Shown here: in pieces, positions 1 through 13,930 of the stretch | How positions within the stretch are numbered: the stretch's first letter is position 1 | Layout of the letters: every line of letters begins with the position of its first letter | Assembly (NCBI GenBank): GCA_951804945.1 | Contig: OX638149.1 | Coordinates: 48,794,001-48,858,000, forward strand | Direction: 5' to 3' | From: Podarcis cretensis | Lineage: Eukaryota | DNA length: 64,000 nt | Program-made: the position numbers and the translations under genes | The notes under the pieces: model-generated | The model's database searches: none | What the model was told of the DNA's origin: nothing | What the model saw: only the letters and a program-made list of their open reading frames with translations

Positions 1-995
1 AAAGAGTCTATTTGTCCCTCCTTCTGCAGTGGTTTTAAAAAATGATTCAGCAACACAAGACAAACTGCCAAAAGTTCAAATTTTAAGATATTTCAGAGAA
101 GGAGAAATCAAGCTCAACAGTGCTGAATTGTTACAGTTTGCTACACAAAACAGTTAAATCAAATTAACCAACAGAGTTGGCCAGAGATCAAAACTAACCC
201 AAGATTTAAATGCTGAGTCAACTATCACAAACAAGAAGTGGAAATGTTGAATGCAAAAACTCAATTCAAGCAAAAATGAAACTACTGTTATGTTTAAGAC
301 CCTGTTGTTACATATACAGTTTTTATGAATTAGACTCCTGGCTTACACACCTCAGTCAAACTCAGCTTTTCAAGGACAGCAGGCCTCCTAAATCACAAAC
401 AAAGAAGAAAATTGGGCCTAAACATGATACAACTGAATCTAGAAGTCTACACTTAATGTAAAACACTGAATGGCCAGAAACTCCAAATATGGGAACTACA
501 CAGATATTTGGGTGTGTGTGAGAGAGGTTATTAACATAATTCCTGCAAATTTGGGGATTTGTTTGGGGCTAGGATAGAACAGGATGGGACACTTTTACAG
601 AATGCTTCTAAGAGTATCATTTGAAATCCCTAAACAAGTTACACAAGTCTGCAGAGCAGTGTTAGAAACTCAGATATATAAGCTAATTGCCAAGTGGCAC
701 CTTAAACCTAGGTTACAGTTGCCACAACGGAATTTCTAGGCACACAACAGAGGTGGGGGGTTTTTTTTGCAATGGAATTCATTATTATTTTCATTTCTAC
801 ACTTCTTTATATTTAAAGGAAAAAATTCTCAAAGCAGTTTACAGCACATTAAAACGTCAAATAAAACAATCCAGAATAAGACAAATTCAATCTTCATGGA
901 AAATATTTCAGATCCTTCTCTAAGTGACATTTTGCTTTCCTCACATTTAGTTACCTACTTAATTTATATAGCTGCCCCATAACAGAAGTACTCTA

Positions 996-1207
996 GGAAG
1001 CCAGTGTGGTGTAGTGGTTAGTGTGTTGCATTAGGACCTGGGAAATCATGGTTCAAATTCCCACTCAGTCATGAAGCTCATTGGGTGAGCTTGGGCCAGT
1101 AACAGCCTCTTAGTCTACCTCACAAGGTCATTGTAGGGATTAACTGGGGGTGGGGGGGGGAGGCAAACTCCTTGAAGAAAAAGGTGGGATATAAATACAA
1201 CAAATAA
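996..1207 (+). mobile_element. Degenerate tRNA-derived SINE (Squam3/L2-tail-like squamate SINE)
   Basis: Head GCCAGTGTGGTGTAGTGGTTA with B-box-like GGTTCAAATTCC and tail GGTGGGATATAAAT; homologous to the copies at 35134-35388 and 50372-50618. Confidence 0.7.
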
Positions 1208-3269
1208 GCTTTCTGCATACTGGCTTTAAAAAGCTGGGGGGGCAGTCAGATGGAGATGTCAATTGTCAACCTGGTATCCAGAGATCTCCACGTGGTCACA
1301 ACTGGACTCACACCAGTTGCAAAATGTGCCTGGCACTTGGGGAATTTCTAACACTGCTACAGAGTGAGAAGGTCCTAGTTTCTGATCAATGGAACCCATA
1401 CTCTTGTTTTCTTTTCCCCCTGCCCCCTTTTTAATCCCCTGACCTACGCGTTTGCAGAAATTTATCAGCAATACGCTTATTTTTCAGTTTGGATTCTCAA
1501 GCTTCTAACTGAACTGAAAGCATGGCTCACAGCCTATATTCTGCACTCAGCCTTCTCCTATTCTACTGCCTGGCATCTACTGCAAAATTATGGAACAGTG
1601 CATGAAAGGTAAACTGGAAAAATTCCAGTCGCCTGAAATTCTTATGCTGCCTCTTAGAATTGTGAAATTTTTATTCCTACACAGTGATAACGTCTAAAAG
1701 AAAATGATGACTGAAGTCTACAGAGTCAGTTTTCACTGCCCTTGTGTTACAGCTACAAAATTAAGGTTTTCCCAGAAAGCATCCCTCAACCCAGGTTTGT
1801 ACAGAGCTTGCTTTAGAGATATCCAACGTAGCCAATTGCAGCAACGCTGAATTTTAAGGGCACTGTCCTTATTAGCAACATGTTTCTGAAACCTGCATTC
1901 CAAACATTGTAGAAGAGTTACACAAACATTAACTGCAGAAATACACACAATCTCGTTTTCAGTGGATCCCAACTGATAATCCTTTTAAAAACATTATCAG
2001 GAACCTGAAGATAAATAACTATGACTATACTATGTCTTTACACATATCTGATAAGTAATGGCCCTATAAATTATAGACACAACACTGATAGCTCTTTTTG
2101 CTGATGAAAAAGCAGAAACAGTCTCACTAGGCACAGCCTACTTAGAACTAAACTACCATAAATGCTGCATGAGAAAATGTGCACTATCACCTGCTCCTCA
2201 GAATGCTGATTTGGCAGAATGCAATTAGAATGTTTTACACCTATCAGCAAGGAAAAGGTTGAACAGCCTCCCATTCAAAGTATCCTCCCACAAATTTCCA
2301 AATGGATGCTTGTTCTTCAACATGTCTCTATAACTCCAGAAAGTGGGGATGGGGGATTGAGTAATTTAAAGCAGAAAACAACAGGTATGGAAAGGGTTTC
2401 TTTCTTTCTCTCTCACCCACACCATTTCTCCATTCCCAATTGCCCATTCTTTACATTAATTAAACAAACACACTCCAAAAACAAAAGTAATGTTGCAAGG
2501 AGGGAGGGGCTTTATTTTACCTAATTTGGGGCTATATTTTTATCAAACTGATAGCCTGTGCAATACAAAACCATTTCAATGCTCAGAAGCCACTTCAAAA
2601 ACCGCAAATACTGAGGCTTAAAAGCACACTATTTAAAAGCAGCCCATATGAAAACACTGCCTTGCATTGAAAGCAGCCCTGGCCATTTCTTATCCACAGC
2701 CTGCATCAGCACTTCTATCTTAAAGCATCTTATAGTGCCAAGAAAAACAAAAGGCCTATACATTTAAGAAGAGTAACAGATTTTGCCCTAAAATAAAGTC
2801 TGTCTTTTTCTAATTTAAGCAGATGTGGTTACAGAAGACTGACAAATAACACACTACTGAATGTGACTACAGAATGTGTAAGAGCGTCATCTGAAAGATC
2901 ATATATAGTCTCTTCCTCCCCCCCAAAAAAATTCAGACTATTATTTCTACCTGAAGAATTCAGGCTTTTATGCCATAGGATTTCTGGTGAAGAAGTCTTC
3001 CTCCCCACATGTCTCTGCCTATTGTATCTTATTTAAGCCTACCTCATAATTATATACAGAAAAGCCAAGTGAAAGAACAGTTTCCAATTATAAAAGCATA
3101 CAGTAATATTGAGAAGCTTACACTGAAACACCTGGATTCAAGGACATTAATTTACTAGTAGCGGCATGCTGCATAATTCCCAGTTGACATCTGAAAAGAT
3201 AATTCATTGCTATACCTAGAATACTCTTAGTTTCTGTGATCAGGAACAATGACTTCTCTTAGTATAGGC

Positions 3270-3534
3270 CATGGGTAGGCAAACTAAGGCCCAGGGGCCG
3301 GATCCGGCCCAATCGCCTTCTAAATTCGGCCCATGGACGGTCCAGGAATCAGCATGTTTTTACATGAGTAGAATGTGTCCTTTTATTTAAAATGCATCTC
3401 TGGGTTATTTGTGGGGCATAGGAATTTGTTCTTTTTTCTGCCCCCCCCCACAAAAAATATATATAGTCCAGCCCCCCCACAAGGTCTGAGGGACAGTGGA
3501 CCGGCCCCTTGCTGAAAAAGTTTGCTGACCCCTG
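3270..3534. mobile_element. Non-autonomous hAT MITE
   Basis: Imperfect TIRs CATGGGTAGGCAAACT...AGTTTGCTGACCCCTG; 8-bp TSD GTATAGGC (3262-3269 and 3535-3542); sister copies at 48779 and 49767. Confidence 0.85.
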
Positions 3535-6500
3535 GTATAGGCATTTGTTAATCACCACCCAAGTTGATGATCTGAGGTGAAGGCTGTAAAATGTAGTCTA
3601 CAATTAATCAATATTAAATGCAATGGTCTTCTGTGATTAGCAACAGAGTAACAAACAGGAGCTAGTGAGGTGTCAACCGAGGACAAGATGAAAATAAATG
3701 TGAGTTAACATGCTCTTTTTAGCATTGCTCTTAAGTTCCCACCTCCTCACCATAAGCTAGCTTTGTTGGCTGAACCATATTAGGAAACCTTTCCAGGGTA
3801 CACAAGCTCACTTACAAACATAGCACAGGAAGAGGCACTCTGACCAAATTATTCAGGAACAAGTAACCAAATGCACATACTGAAATACCATTAGACACTC
3901 GGGAAACAAACACAAATTATTGCTGCTTAACTCCCTCCAATCTTTGCTCTTGCATTTATTATATTGTGAACTAACAGAAGCAGTTTTAAATATAATCTAC
4001 ATCAGCCTTTCACGTTGTGCTTCATTTAAAATAAAATTATTGCACGACTATTTCACAAAGACAGGAGTGAATTTTAGCTGAAGCAATGTGTTGGATCTCA
4101 AATACAATGAGTAACAGCAAATCTTGATAATAAAAATATTAGCAGATGGGAAATTAGCCTGCTCCTCTGCTTCCAAACTGCTCATTCACCTGCAGTCACA
4201 TCCATATTCCACCAATATGACCAAAGATTACATTTGTGTGTCAAGCAGCTCATTACATTGCATTAGCACTGGGATAACATGCGCACATTAATCCCTACAT
4301 CCACCTTTGTACTTCAAGCCACTGCGCTCCTTTTGGTTTCCATTAGCTCAACAACTTACATAACTTCACAAGAAAACTGAGTACTCATCTGTCTACTGAA
4401 GTTGTGAGCAGTGCTCCCTGTAATGCCCAAGACAAATTCATCATCCCTTACACCCCACAAGAAAGCTTGGAAAACAGAGCCCAGATCCCCTCCGTAATTC
4501 AGATAATGAGAAAATAACTTACTCCATATCTGCTATGGTAAACTCTGAAAGGTACACATAGCATATAGAATATGCTTGCTAATAATACTCAAAATTTGAA
4601 ACAGCTATCAGAAAAAGCAATGCTTAAAGGGAATCTCAGACTTCCTTTGAAATATCACCTCTCGCTGCTCAAGTTTATCTTCTTTCTTCATTTTAAGCAG
4701 GATTCATGCATCTGGAACCCCATGTAGGGGAGAAAATGCTTGGGGTGCCATGTGAAGCCAAGAAACAGCAAGTAGGAAGAGGATTATGTACCTCCTTCCC
4801 TGCCACTTTGCTTTCTTCTGAAGCTGCTTTTCAGAATCACAGCTCTGTTTTATGCATCTGTGTAGTTAGCCCCCAAGAGATTTGCTTTAGGGAACTAACT
4901 TGAAAACCAAAACCTTGTAATTAAGATTTTCCTCATTACACTTTTTGCCTGTAGGTTTCTCTGTCCTCATTGATTTTTGTCATTCAAGCACAGCAGGAAC
5001 TTCTAAATCCCTTCTGTGGCGTCCACTGTCCAAAGAACTATCTTGAATGTGCCAAAAGAACTAAGGCTAGTGAAAGATAACAAATAAATCTGAACAGCCA
5101 CATTGCTGTTCTTTATGGCTAGGAAAAAGAAAGGAGGAAGTTGCCTTTGTTTTGTTCTATCACCTTACACACATTCTTCATGGTTACATGCTGCAGCATG
5201 CTAGAGGCACCAAAGTTTCAGAATTATGTGTCCAGTTTGTCTTTATATATTGTAATCATATGCACTGAGCTGTGCTTCAGTATTCCAGGCAAAAGCCCCA
5301 TGGATCTTCAGTAGCCAGTTGCATAATTATTTTAGGTCTCCTGTACAATTTCCCTGTTCCCAAGATCCAGTGCAGTGCCAGAAGTGCAAGACTGAATGTT
5401 GCAAACACAGGTTCAAAATTCCGATTCAGCCATCAAGCTTCCTGATTTTTCTAATGCTAGCTTAGTTTTAGATAATGGTATTTAGGATCAGACATCCAAG
5501 ACACATACAATATCTGTAAGTATACATTTAGTTACTAAGAAAAAAAAGTTGCACCACCCTGATTAATAAGTTTTGAAAAGAGGATTTTCTATATATTAAA
5601 ATAGCTTTCAGCCTGTGTGCCATTCATCAGTTTAAAAAGCAGTACAGGCAGAGAGTTAAACAAGAGAATTTTCATGCTTGAGTATTTGTAGAAACCGATT
5701 TTGCTTCCTCTTGTGCTTCATTAGCTACTGAAGCATTACAATAAAGCTAAAACAACAGAAACATTGAAGTCACTTAAGACTGCCAAGAAAGAATACCACT
5801 ACATTCCACTCTGGGTGTGTGAAGCAGATTTAAAGGAAGGTTGGGTTGTTTCCAAGACTGCTAATTCCTTGCAGGTATTTACGTGACAGGAGACAAAACG
5901 ATCCTTTCTTCAGTGAAGATGGATCTCAATATGTACATCTGATTTTAGAGTATATCTGCCTCCTACTCCAATCTTCCATTTTTGTGAACCTTTAAGGTCC
6001 CATTGTGATATTAATGTAGGTATTGCAATTGACACCCTTCCATTGTTCAGTTTTGTCCCTCATCCCTAGCTCTGTTGGTGAATGTTGAACTGACTCAATT
6101 CAAATAAGGAAAGAGAAGCACTCCTCTGCCCCTTTCCAGTAAAAGCAGGGCAAGTACCACAAAAAATTCAATAAAATTTGACATGAGGAATTACAAGTAA
6201 TACTTGGTAAAAATATCATGACATTACAGAAAAACATTTTTTATTATCTTTCTTAGGTTATACTTGAGCTATGTTTGTTCTGTGAAAATTTCCTGTTTGC
6301 AAACTTCACCACAGAACAAGTTTCCTGTTTGCACTCTCTCTTTGTGCTGCAATCAATGTTGAAAGTTAAATGCCGTCCTTCTATTTTTTGATATGAATTC
6401 ACTTCAGGAAGAATTAGACATTCAGTATAGTTTCTAAGTTGGAACTGTAGTCACTATGGCTATATTCCATTTGATTTGTGCACAGATCTTCATCAATAAT

Positions 6501-7614
6501 TTAAAAAAACTCAATGTAGTAACAGTTACATTTTCCTTCCTCTCTCCGAAAACTGACATTAACAAAATACATAGTCAGGTGGCAAGAATCTTGATATCAA
6601 ATTAAATGTTATAGACTTCAAAAGGGCAGTGTTCTCCATAGTCACTGCCAAATAATCACACCCATGTTTACCACTTCTTTGAAACTTTCCCCTAACACAG
6701 TGAAATCACCTTAAAATAGTAATTTATGCAAATCATTAAACCACTGCAGCAGAAGCATTGTGACCTCCACCAGTGCCCCCACCCCCTGCAAATGTCAGTC
6801 CTCATCTCAGTATGGAGAACATTCAAGCGAAAGAGTTAATGCTGATACTTAAATGTTAGGCACCTGGGATTTTTTCAGCCCTGGATCTAATGAATTAACA
6901 AAGCAGAGTATTGACACTCATAAATGTTCTGATATCATTATACTACTAGAAAACAAGGGATATTCAAGGAAACTGGAAAGTGCACAAAAGCATAACCAAC
7001 ACTCCTTACTTCAACTTTCTCATGTCTAATCTAACTCATGACAATCCCTGACCTGCTAACAAATTAGGAAACATTTTGTCACTTTTTTTGTATGCTCCCC
7101 TGGTAGTAAAGCAGATGTCAAATTAGTCTTGACAGAGTAGCTTAAGTAAAGGGGGCTAATTTTTTAGTCTGATCAGATTTGCATGCGGGCCATTCTTAAC
7201 CTTTGCTGGGGTTTATACATGTTTAAAACTCTTCCTTTAATTGCTTCACTAGAAGCACTTGGAAAAGGTAATGGAAAGAAAACATTTTTTTCTTCTGCAG
7301 TTTACTTAATACTGTCTAGATTAGAAGCCAAAGCCTTGAGCAATTTTAACATCAAAGTCATTGGGTAGCTAGAACAGCAACAGCACAGGGAAGCAGCTGC
7401 AGTGATTCATGCTCTGGTAACCTCTTCTTTGTATTACTGAAACACACAATACATGGGGGAGTCTTTGAAAACCTTGCAGAAATTTCAGTTGATCCAAAAT
7501 AAGATGGTCAACTAGGACTGGACCTCATGACCATAATACACCAGTACTTGCTTGCTTCCCTCCATCCCGCTCTTTCTTTCTTTTGCACTACTTCAAGTAT
7601 TGTTCTGGGCCCAA

Positions 7615-8270
7615 CTCAAAGTTCCAATATTAAGCTTTTAAAGCCCTAAAAGGTTGCAGACATGTTATCTGAACAATAGTCTCCTTTCACATAACACCTG
7701 CCACATTAAGGACATCAAGGACCTTTTTCAGGTGTTCCACCAAACGAGATCCAGCAGGCAGCTACCGACTGAAGTTTTTATTGGTTGTTTGCTATGATTA
7801 GATTTAGTGTTTATATTGTGCCTGGGTCACTTTTGAATGGAAAGCCCCTTATTAATAGTAATAGTATCAATAATAAGACTTTTCAGTGGTGGCACCCTAG
7901 CTGTACAATGTCTTCTTAGAGAGGCTCCCCTGACACCCACACTTAGGATTGATTAGGACAAATTTGAAAAAGACTTACTGGTAATTGTCAAAATATATCT
8001 ATAACTGTTTGTTCCAAAGTATTATTGTCCTAATTGTGTTACTGTTCATTGTCCATTGTTCTTTTTATGCTTTGGAGTGCACAAAAAGTAATTTTCATAT
8101 TTGTGGGTCTTTATGCTGACTGTGCCCAAAACATAAGGACTTTTATTGCATATTATACTGTATCTTTGAATTGTTTTTATTATGCATGTTGTGTTTTTAT
8201 CTTGTATTTTTATGCTGTGAACCACCCTGAGATCTATGGATGAAGGTCAGTATACAAATTTAATAAATTC
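7615..8270 (+). mobile_element. Degraded L2-like LINE 3' fragments
   Basis: CTTTAAAGCCCTAAA and CTTTTCAGTGGTGGCACC-like motifs, T-rich 3' UTR, terminal GAACCACCCTGAGATC...TATACAAATTTAATAAAT also seen near 40730; boundaries approximate. Confidence 0.5.
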
Positions 8271-8405
8271 TACTACTAATAATACTACTAACCCAGCCAC
8301 AAGCCTGACCATATTATTTTAGTTCTCTATTTGCTTTACCCATTAAAGTAATTTTATTATCATTTGTTGGACACCGCCTGGGGTGATACTAAAGGAAGGG
8401 TGATT

Positions 8406-8408
<3 letters not shown>

Positions 8409-8439
<31 letters not shown>
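8409..8439. repeat. (CAA)n microsatellite
   Basis: Read directly from sequence. Confidence 0.9.
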
Positions 8440-8737
8440 GGCACACATGCAGTAGAGTTTAGCTTACCTGACAACAAATGTATTTCTGAGCCTTAACCAC
8501 AAACTGAAAATTAAACCAAACTTAGCCCTGACAACTCAGTTATTTATGAGGGGGGAAACTGGTTTTCATAACTTTCAACTGCCAATCAAAAACCACTGTA
8601 CTATGCAAAGGATTCTGGAACATGTTCTTGGGTACCATTCATAAGAGGCATACACCAGCCCTGTTGGGCTTCACTCTTGCCCCCCCCCCCCCGAACATAA
8701 TGTGACTCAGGACACACCCAACACTCTCCTTCAACTA

Positions 8738-8961
8738 CTGTGGTACCTTTGGATGCGAACGGGAACCGTTCTGGAGCCCTGTTCGAATCCTGAAGCGAAC
8801 GCAACCCGCGTCTGCATGGGTCGCGATTCACCGCTTCCGCGCATGATGTCATTTTGAGCGTCTGCGCATGCACGAGCATCGAAACCTGGAAGTAACGGGT
8901 TCCATTACTTCCAGGTCGCCACAGAGTGCAACCTGGAAACGCTCAACCCGAAGTATGACTG
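8738..8961. mobile_element. Tc1/mariner-type MITE (older, diverged ends)
   Basis: Begins TA-CTGTGGTACCT, similar to the CAGTGGTACCTC TIR family in this window; CpG-rich, partly palindromic interior; right TIR degenerate. Confidence 0.55.
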
Positions 8962-11900
8962 TTCTCACTGTTTGTGAAGAGAAGGAATGCTAGGTAGCGA
9001 TCTTCTAAGTTTCTTTGCTCTTTCTGATTTCTCACTGAAAACCCCTCATAAGATTCTAAGCATCAAAGTTCCCCAGAAGACATTGTAAATAAAACATATG
9101 CAATGACATAGATTTTCCTCCTTGCAGACAGGCACACAGACTAAGCAGGCTCCAGCTTTTGCTACAGAGGCCACTTATGGAGCTGCTGCTTTGCACTTGC
9201 TGCTGCTACCTGCAAGAGAGAGAAAACTGCCCAGTTACCTATATGGCACTGTGGGCATGTAGTTTAATCCAATGCATGTTTGATTTTGTAAGTCAATCAA
9301 ATTACATTCACTGAGTCAGAGGGCTCCTCCGGATGTTATCTTTGTAGAGTGGGAGCAAGAACACTGCAGTTCAAGTCTAGACTTCTTATATTATGCAAGT
9401 GGCATGGGAAGAAGCTGCACAGTTTGCAGCAGTTCCCATGTAGTGAAGCCAGCTAAGAGGGTGCCCCAAGTATGACTGCAAAGTACGCTCTCTTTTGTTC
9501 CTGCAAGCACAAGTCCTAGCCAATAATTCAGATAACGCTAAATACAAATATCCATGTTATTTTACACAAACTTGTATAAACAAAGCCAAACCATTAGTTA
9601 ACAAAAAAGGGAAAATATACTCTGTTTTTAAGGTAAAGGTAAGAAGAATTTAAGAAATTTCAGTTGCTACCATCTCTTGAATTTCACGTGCAGGCATAGC
9701 TTGAAAGGGAACTAATGTTTTTATATGTTGTGAAGAAGTACAGGGGTGGGTGGGGGGTGGATGTGCCATTGTAGCCCTAGTTGCCAGGTATAAGTTATCC
9801 ACACATTGTCCATAAATCCACATAAATTGGCTTCAATGTTTAGCATTCAAAAAAGAACATCACTCACAACACTGTTTTGTCTTTCTCTGGTGGGGACAGT
9901 ACCCTGTCTGAAAAATTTCTTAGGCCTATGCAAGCAATTCCGTTTCTCTCTTGCCGTAGTTCTGGGACAGGCAAGTACATTTTATTACAGAAGGAGACAC
10001 AGTGGCATCCTCCTCCTGCTTCCGCACCCAAGCATCAGGCTTTAGATACTATAGTTCCAAGACTATTTCAACAACCCTGAGCAGAGTTTAGAAAACTTGT
10101 ATTAGGAAAACAACATTCTCTTTTGTTAAAAACACTTCTTCACTTTCCTTAAGAAAATCACTTTATTTAAAAAAAGAAAGAAAGAAAAACCCTGAATATC
10201 TACCATGATAGAAGAGAGCCTGCCAAGTGAAGCCTTGCTACACAATAGCATTTACAGGAACATAAAGAAAGCACAATAAAATAAATTGACAGTACTTGAG
10301 ATACAAACAACTTCAAGCATCATCAAGACATTTCAACATCTTCACTTCCTTCCCAGTTCAGACAAATGTATGACACAAGGTTACAATAAATTGTGATGAC
10401 ATTCAAAAACTTCAAAAAAAACCCCCACATTTCCTAAGAACTGAAGCTTGCCAAACTAGTGTCTCTTAAATTACTCCTCAGCAGGGACCCACAAATTCGT
10501 CTACCACACTTGCTGATGAGACCATCAGCTGGTGTCTTCCTCTGAACCTGTCAGATGGGGCAGTGATTCTTCCTGTGGATGCACTATACTTTCAGGACAC
10601 CAGAGTGCCTCAGAAATGCAGCCGAATTCAGGGAAGATCTTCACTCCACTCTCTAGCTCCAAGGTGGAGAAGGCAGCTATGGTTGAAGGGAAGACTGATC
10701 CCTTCCCTACTTCTACACTGAGCTGGGGAAAGGAGCAGGAGGTTATGATTGTACAACACACAAAAAGAATCCTAGCAGTTTCAAAAAGTTTTTGGTCAGC
10801 TAAGGCTTGCAAATTTGGGGATCCAAATGTGTGGAGCTCTGCTCATCAAACACTATCACATTTTAAATTACCGTGTACTGTAAGTTGAGTATAGCCATTC
10901 AGGAAGAATCTAAAGACCAACATATCTCAACCATTTTTGCTTTTTTCAGCCCCTGGACTTTTGATACTAGAGTGGTGACTCTTGCTTACAGGCCTAGAAT
11001 CAAAATGTTATTTCAAATAACAAATAGGTATAGGTATACTGATACTGAAAAGTGAGATTTAGTAAACAAAAAAGCTATGTACTAAATAGATTCAATTGTT
11101 TGTGTTATCTGTATAGTAGCAGAGCTTACAAAATTCTACAAAGCCAATGGGGGGCAGATCTGACATGGACAGGTGTACATTCACACACATGTACCCAAAA
11201 AGTGAATGTCAACTCTATGATGGAATTCTTCAGCATAAGACAACAATTAAAAACTGAGAATCTCATCAATCCTCCACCCTTTAATATAAGGATTTTTTTT
11301 TGAAGTATATCCAAATATTGAACAAAAGTTAAACCAGACAGAGGCCTTGTATAAAAATTCAGCTCCTCAGCACTAATATACTGATATTCAGGTGGAAACC
11401 ACCACTTAGAATGAAATAGTCAATAGAAAGTGTCAGTGTACCACTCAAGCTGATCTTGCATATACATTTTATAGGAAAGGAGAACTAATACATGAGAAGA
11501 CCGTTTGTCAGCAGAAGGCTGTGCTGGTTTTTTCTACTTTAAGTTTATTATAGAACACATCCTAGCAGCTAACATTAGGATCAAACAGGATCAGCACACC
11601 AGCCACGATTATATACGATTAGCAATTCTTACGTAAAGTTTCGTGGAAGAGGAGCACATTACTGGAAAGCAAAGCATTCACTCTCTCTTAAATCCAATAA
11701 TGGACTTTTATTCTTATTCATAGGCACAACTGTTTTCTCATTACACCTCAAAACTTATTTCAAAACAGAGATAAGCATATGAATGCAATATTTCATCTTC
11801 TAAAGCCCAAAAGGCTTTTGTAAAATAGCACAACTTTCTAAAGAGATACAGAATTTTATTATTTTTTTTAAAGAGAGTCTTCTTTCTTCCCCTATTCCTC

Positions 11901-12499
11901 TTTTTTAAAAGAGTGAGGTAGTTACTTACAGCCACACAACTTTCCCCAGGAAATTCAGCATTCGTAGAGCAGCACCCAAAGTACAGATTCAGACACAAAG
12001 AAACTAGACATTACCAGAGCCTAAGAGTCATTTCACCACCCACACCACCCGCTAAAAGGAGGTTTCAGAGACATGGCATAAATAAAGATTGTGTTCCGTT
12101 ATGTCATCAAGCCCCAGAATTCTCTTTAGTAGCTGCCCCCAATGCAGACACAGGACAGGCACATGTGCATTTGAGAATCCATGTTCCCCACTGGTCTTCA
12201 ACTAGTGGTTTGGGACATGGCCTGGACTAAGACAGGTTAGCACAGCAGTGCAATGATTACAGGAACAGAAGGTAAAATAATAATAATACGTTCGCTGAAT
12301 GTTTGTGTGGCTTAAAAGAGGGTCACAGATCACCAAAAACTGCTGCATCTAACTAGCCCATCCTCCAGCAACTTTGAGCGTTCTGGCATCTCCACCACAG
12401 CTTTGTCCTGACAAGTTTCCCAGGCGATGATGGGGTTTCTTCCCAGGATTTCTCCCCCCACCGTCACCCTTGGGAATCTAATCCTCTGAAGGAATTTTT

Positions 12500-13930
12500 T
12501 TCGGGGTGGGGGAGAGAGACGAAGAGAGTGGCTGTCAGTCTCCATCCACAGATGCTCCCGCAGAAAAAAAGGGCTCAAGCATCTTCGCCCTCCACCCTTT
12601 TGCCCCAAATCCACCCAAACCGTCGCCGTCTGTACTCGGCGGCTCTTTTATTATTTTCCAGAAGCCGTCCCCCACCCCACCCACCCCCCGGGCTCCGCAG
12701 AGCAGGTGTGCGTGTCTGGGAAGGGGAAAGCCCAGGAACTCTTGACAGCCCCCCCCCCATGCCTGCCTGCCTGCCTGCCTGCCTTCCGCGCTTGGCTAAC
12801 AAAGAACCAAAGGAGGTGGGGAGGGGTGGAGAGAAGGACGCGCCTTCAGCCCCACCGCCAGCCCCCTCCACACCCCCCACACTTTCCTCGCCCGCCCTGC
12901 CCTCCCCACCCCCTTTCCCGGCAGCGGCTCGCTCACCCAGCCGCGGCTGGTTCCGGAAAGAAGGCGGCCCCTTCTTCTTCTTCTTCTCCTGCTACCTCCT
13001 CCTCCTCCTCTTCGCTCCAAGGCACTGAGAGGCTGGGCTGCTGCCGCCGCAAGGCCCGCGTGCCCTTGTCTGCCTGGCCCTGGTTACGGCAGGGGAGGGA
13101 CCCGTCTCCTCTTGGCGCAGGGCTCGGCCAATGCAACATTCGCGGCCGCCAGGGGAAATAAACAAGCTGCGAGGGGGTTTAAATAGACAGAAATGCCAAG
13201 GCTAAAGTAGCTCCGGGGTAACGTCGCGAGGGCGGCGGCGAAGGCGAGGGCACTTTCCCTGCTCCCCCCTTCTTCCTCTCGTCTCCTCAGTCCGACCCTT
13301 CTTCTTCTTCGCTCCGACTCCGCCGAGTCCCGCTTCCTCCTTCGCCGCCGCCGCCGCCGCCACAAGCAACAGCCGCTCTCAGTCGTTGCTCCGCCTGCGC
13401 TCTAGCGCGAGCTCGCCTCACGCGCCGGGCCTGGCGAGTGGGAGGGGAGGGAGGCGGGGGAACGAGGGCGGCCTGCCCTCCCTCGGCGAGGGCTTAAAGG
13501 GGCAGAGGCAGAGCAGCTGCTCCTGCCGCCTGCAGGGTTGAAGTTAGAACCCGCGGGAGGGAAAGGATTGATCCGGGCGAGGCTCCCCAGGCCGGAGGAA
13601 TACAAGGAAGGGGAGGAGCCTCGTCGGCCGGCCTTAACAACGCGGGAGATCAGCCAGCGCCTTCCCGCACGTGGACTGCCGCCTCCCCGCTCTCCTGGCG
13701 CGGCCTCGGCGGCTGTGGGAAGAGGAGGAAGAGCAGCTCCCTCCTCCGGGGCGGGGAATATGGGAGGAAGAGAAACAGGCAGGAGGAAGCGGGCAGGCTC
13801 CGTTCTCTTCCCATGCGCGAGGTTGCCCACTTTGCGCCCTGTGGCTTTCGGGTATTTTCGTCTCTTCTCATATTGTGCCTTAACTCTGAGCGCAGCCCGG
13901 GTACTGGACTTCTCTCTCTCTCCCCCCGCC
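12500..13930. promoter_or_regulatory. CpG island promoter (probable SUSD6 promoter)
   Basis: Abrupt rise in GC and CpG density against an AT-rich, CpG-poor background; GC boxes, (GCC)n run, CCAAT near 13129. Confidence 0.85.
12937..13390 (-). other. SUSD6: Probable non-coding exon 1 of SUSD6 (KIAA0247); intron 1 extends past the left edge
   Basis: Strong donor CTGG|GTGAGC on the - strand at 12937/12936 inside the CpG island. Identity inferred only from recalled vertebrate synteny PLEKHD1-CCDC177-SUSD6, with SUSD6 divergent from CCDC177. No SUSD6 coding sequence is in the window; TSS approximate. Confidence 0.55.

Noticed and set aside
10525-10888. 95-aa and 118-aa overlapping ORFs as possible SUSD6 exons
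   Set aside because: No similarity to a sushi domain or the SUSD6 N-terminus that I can recognise; no convincing splice-site pair
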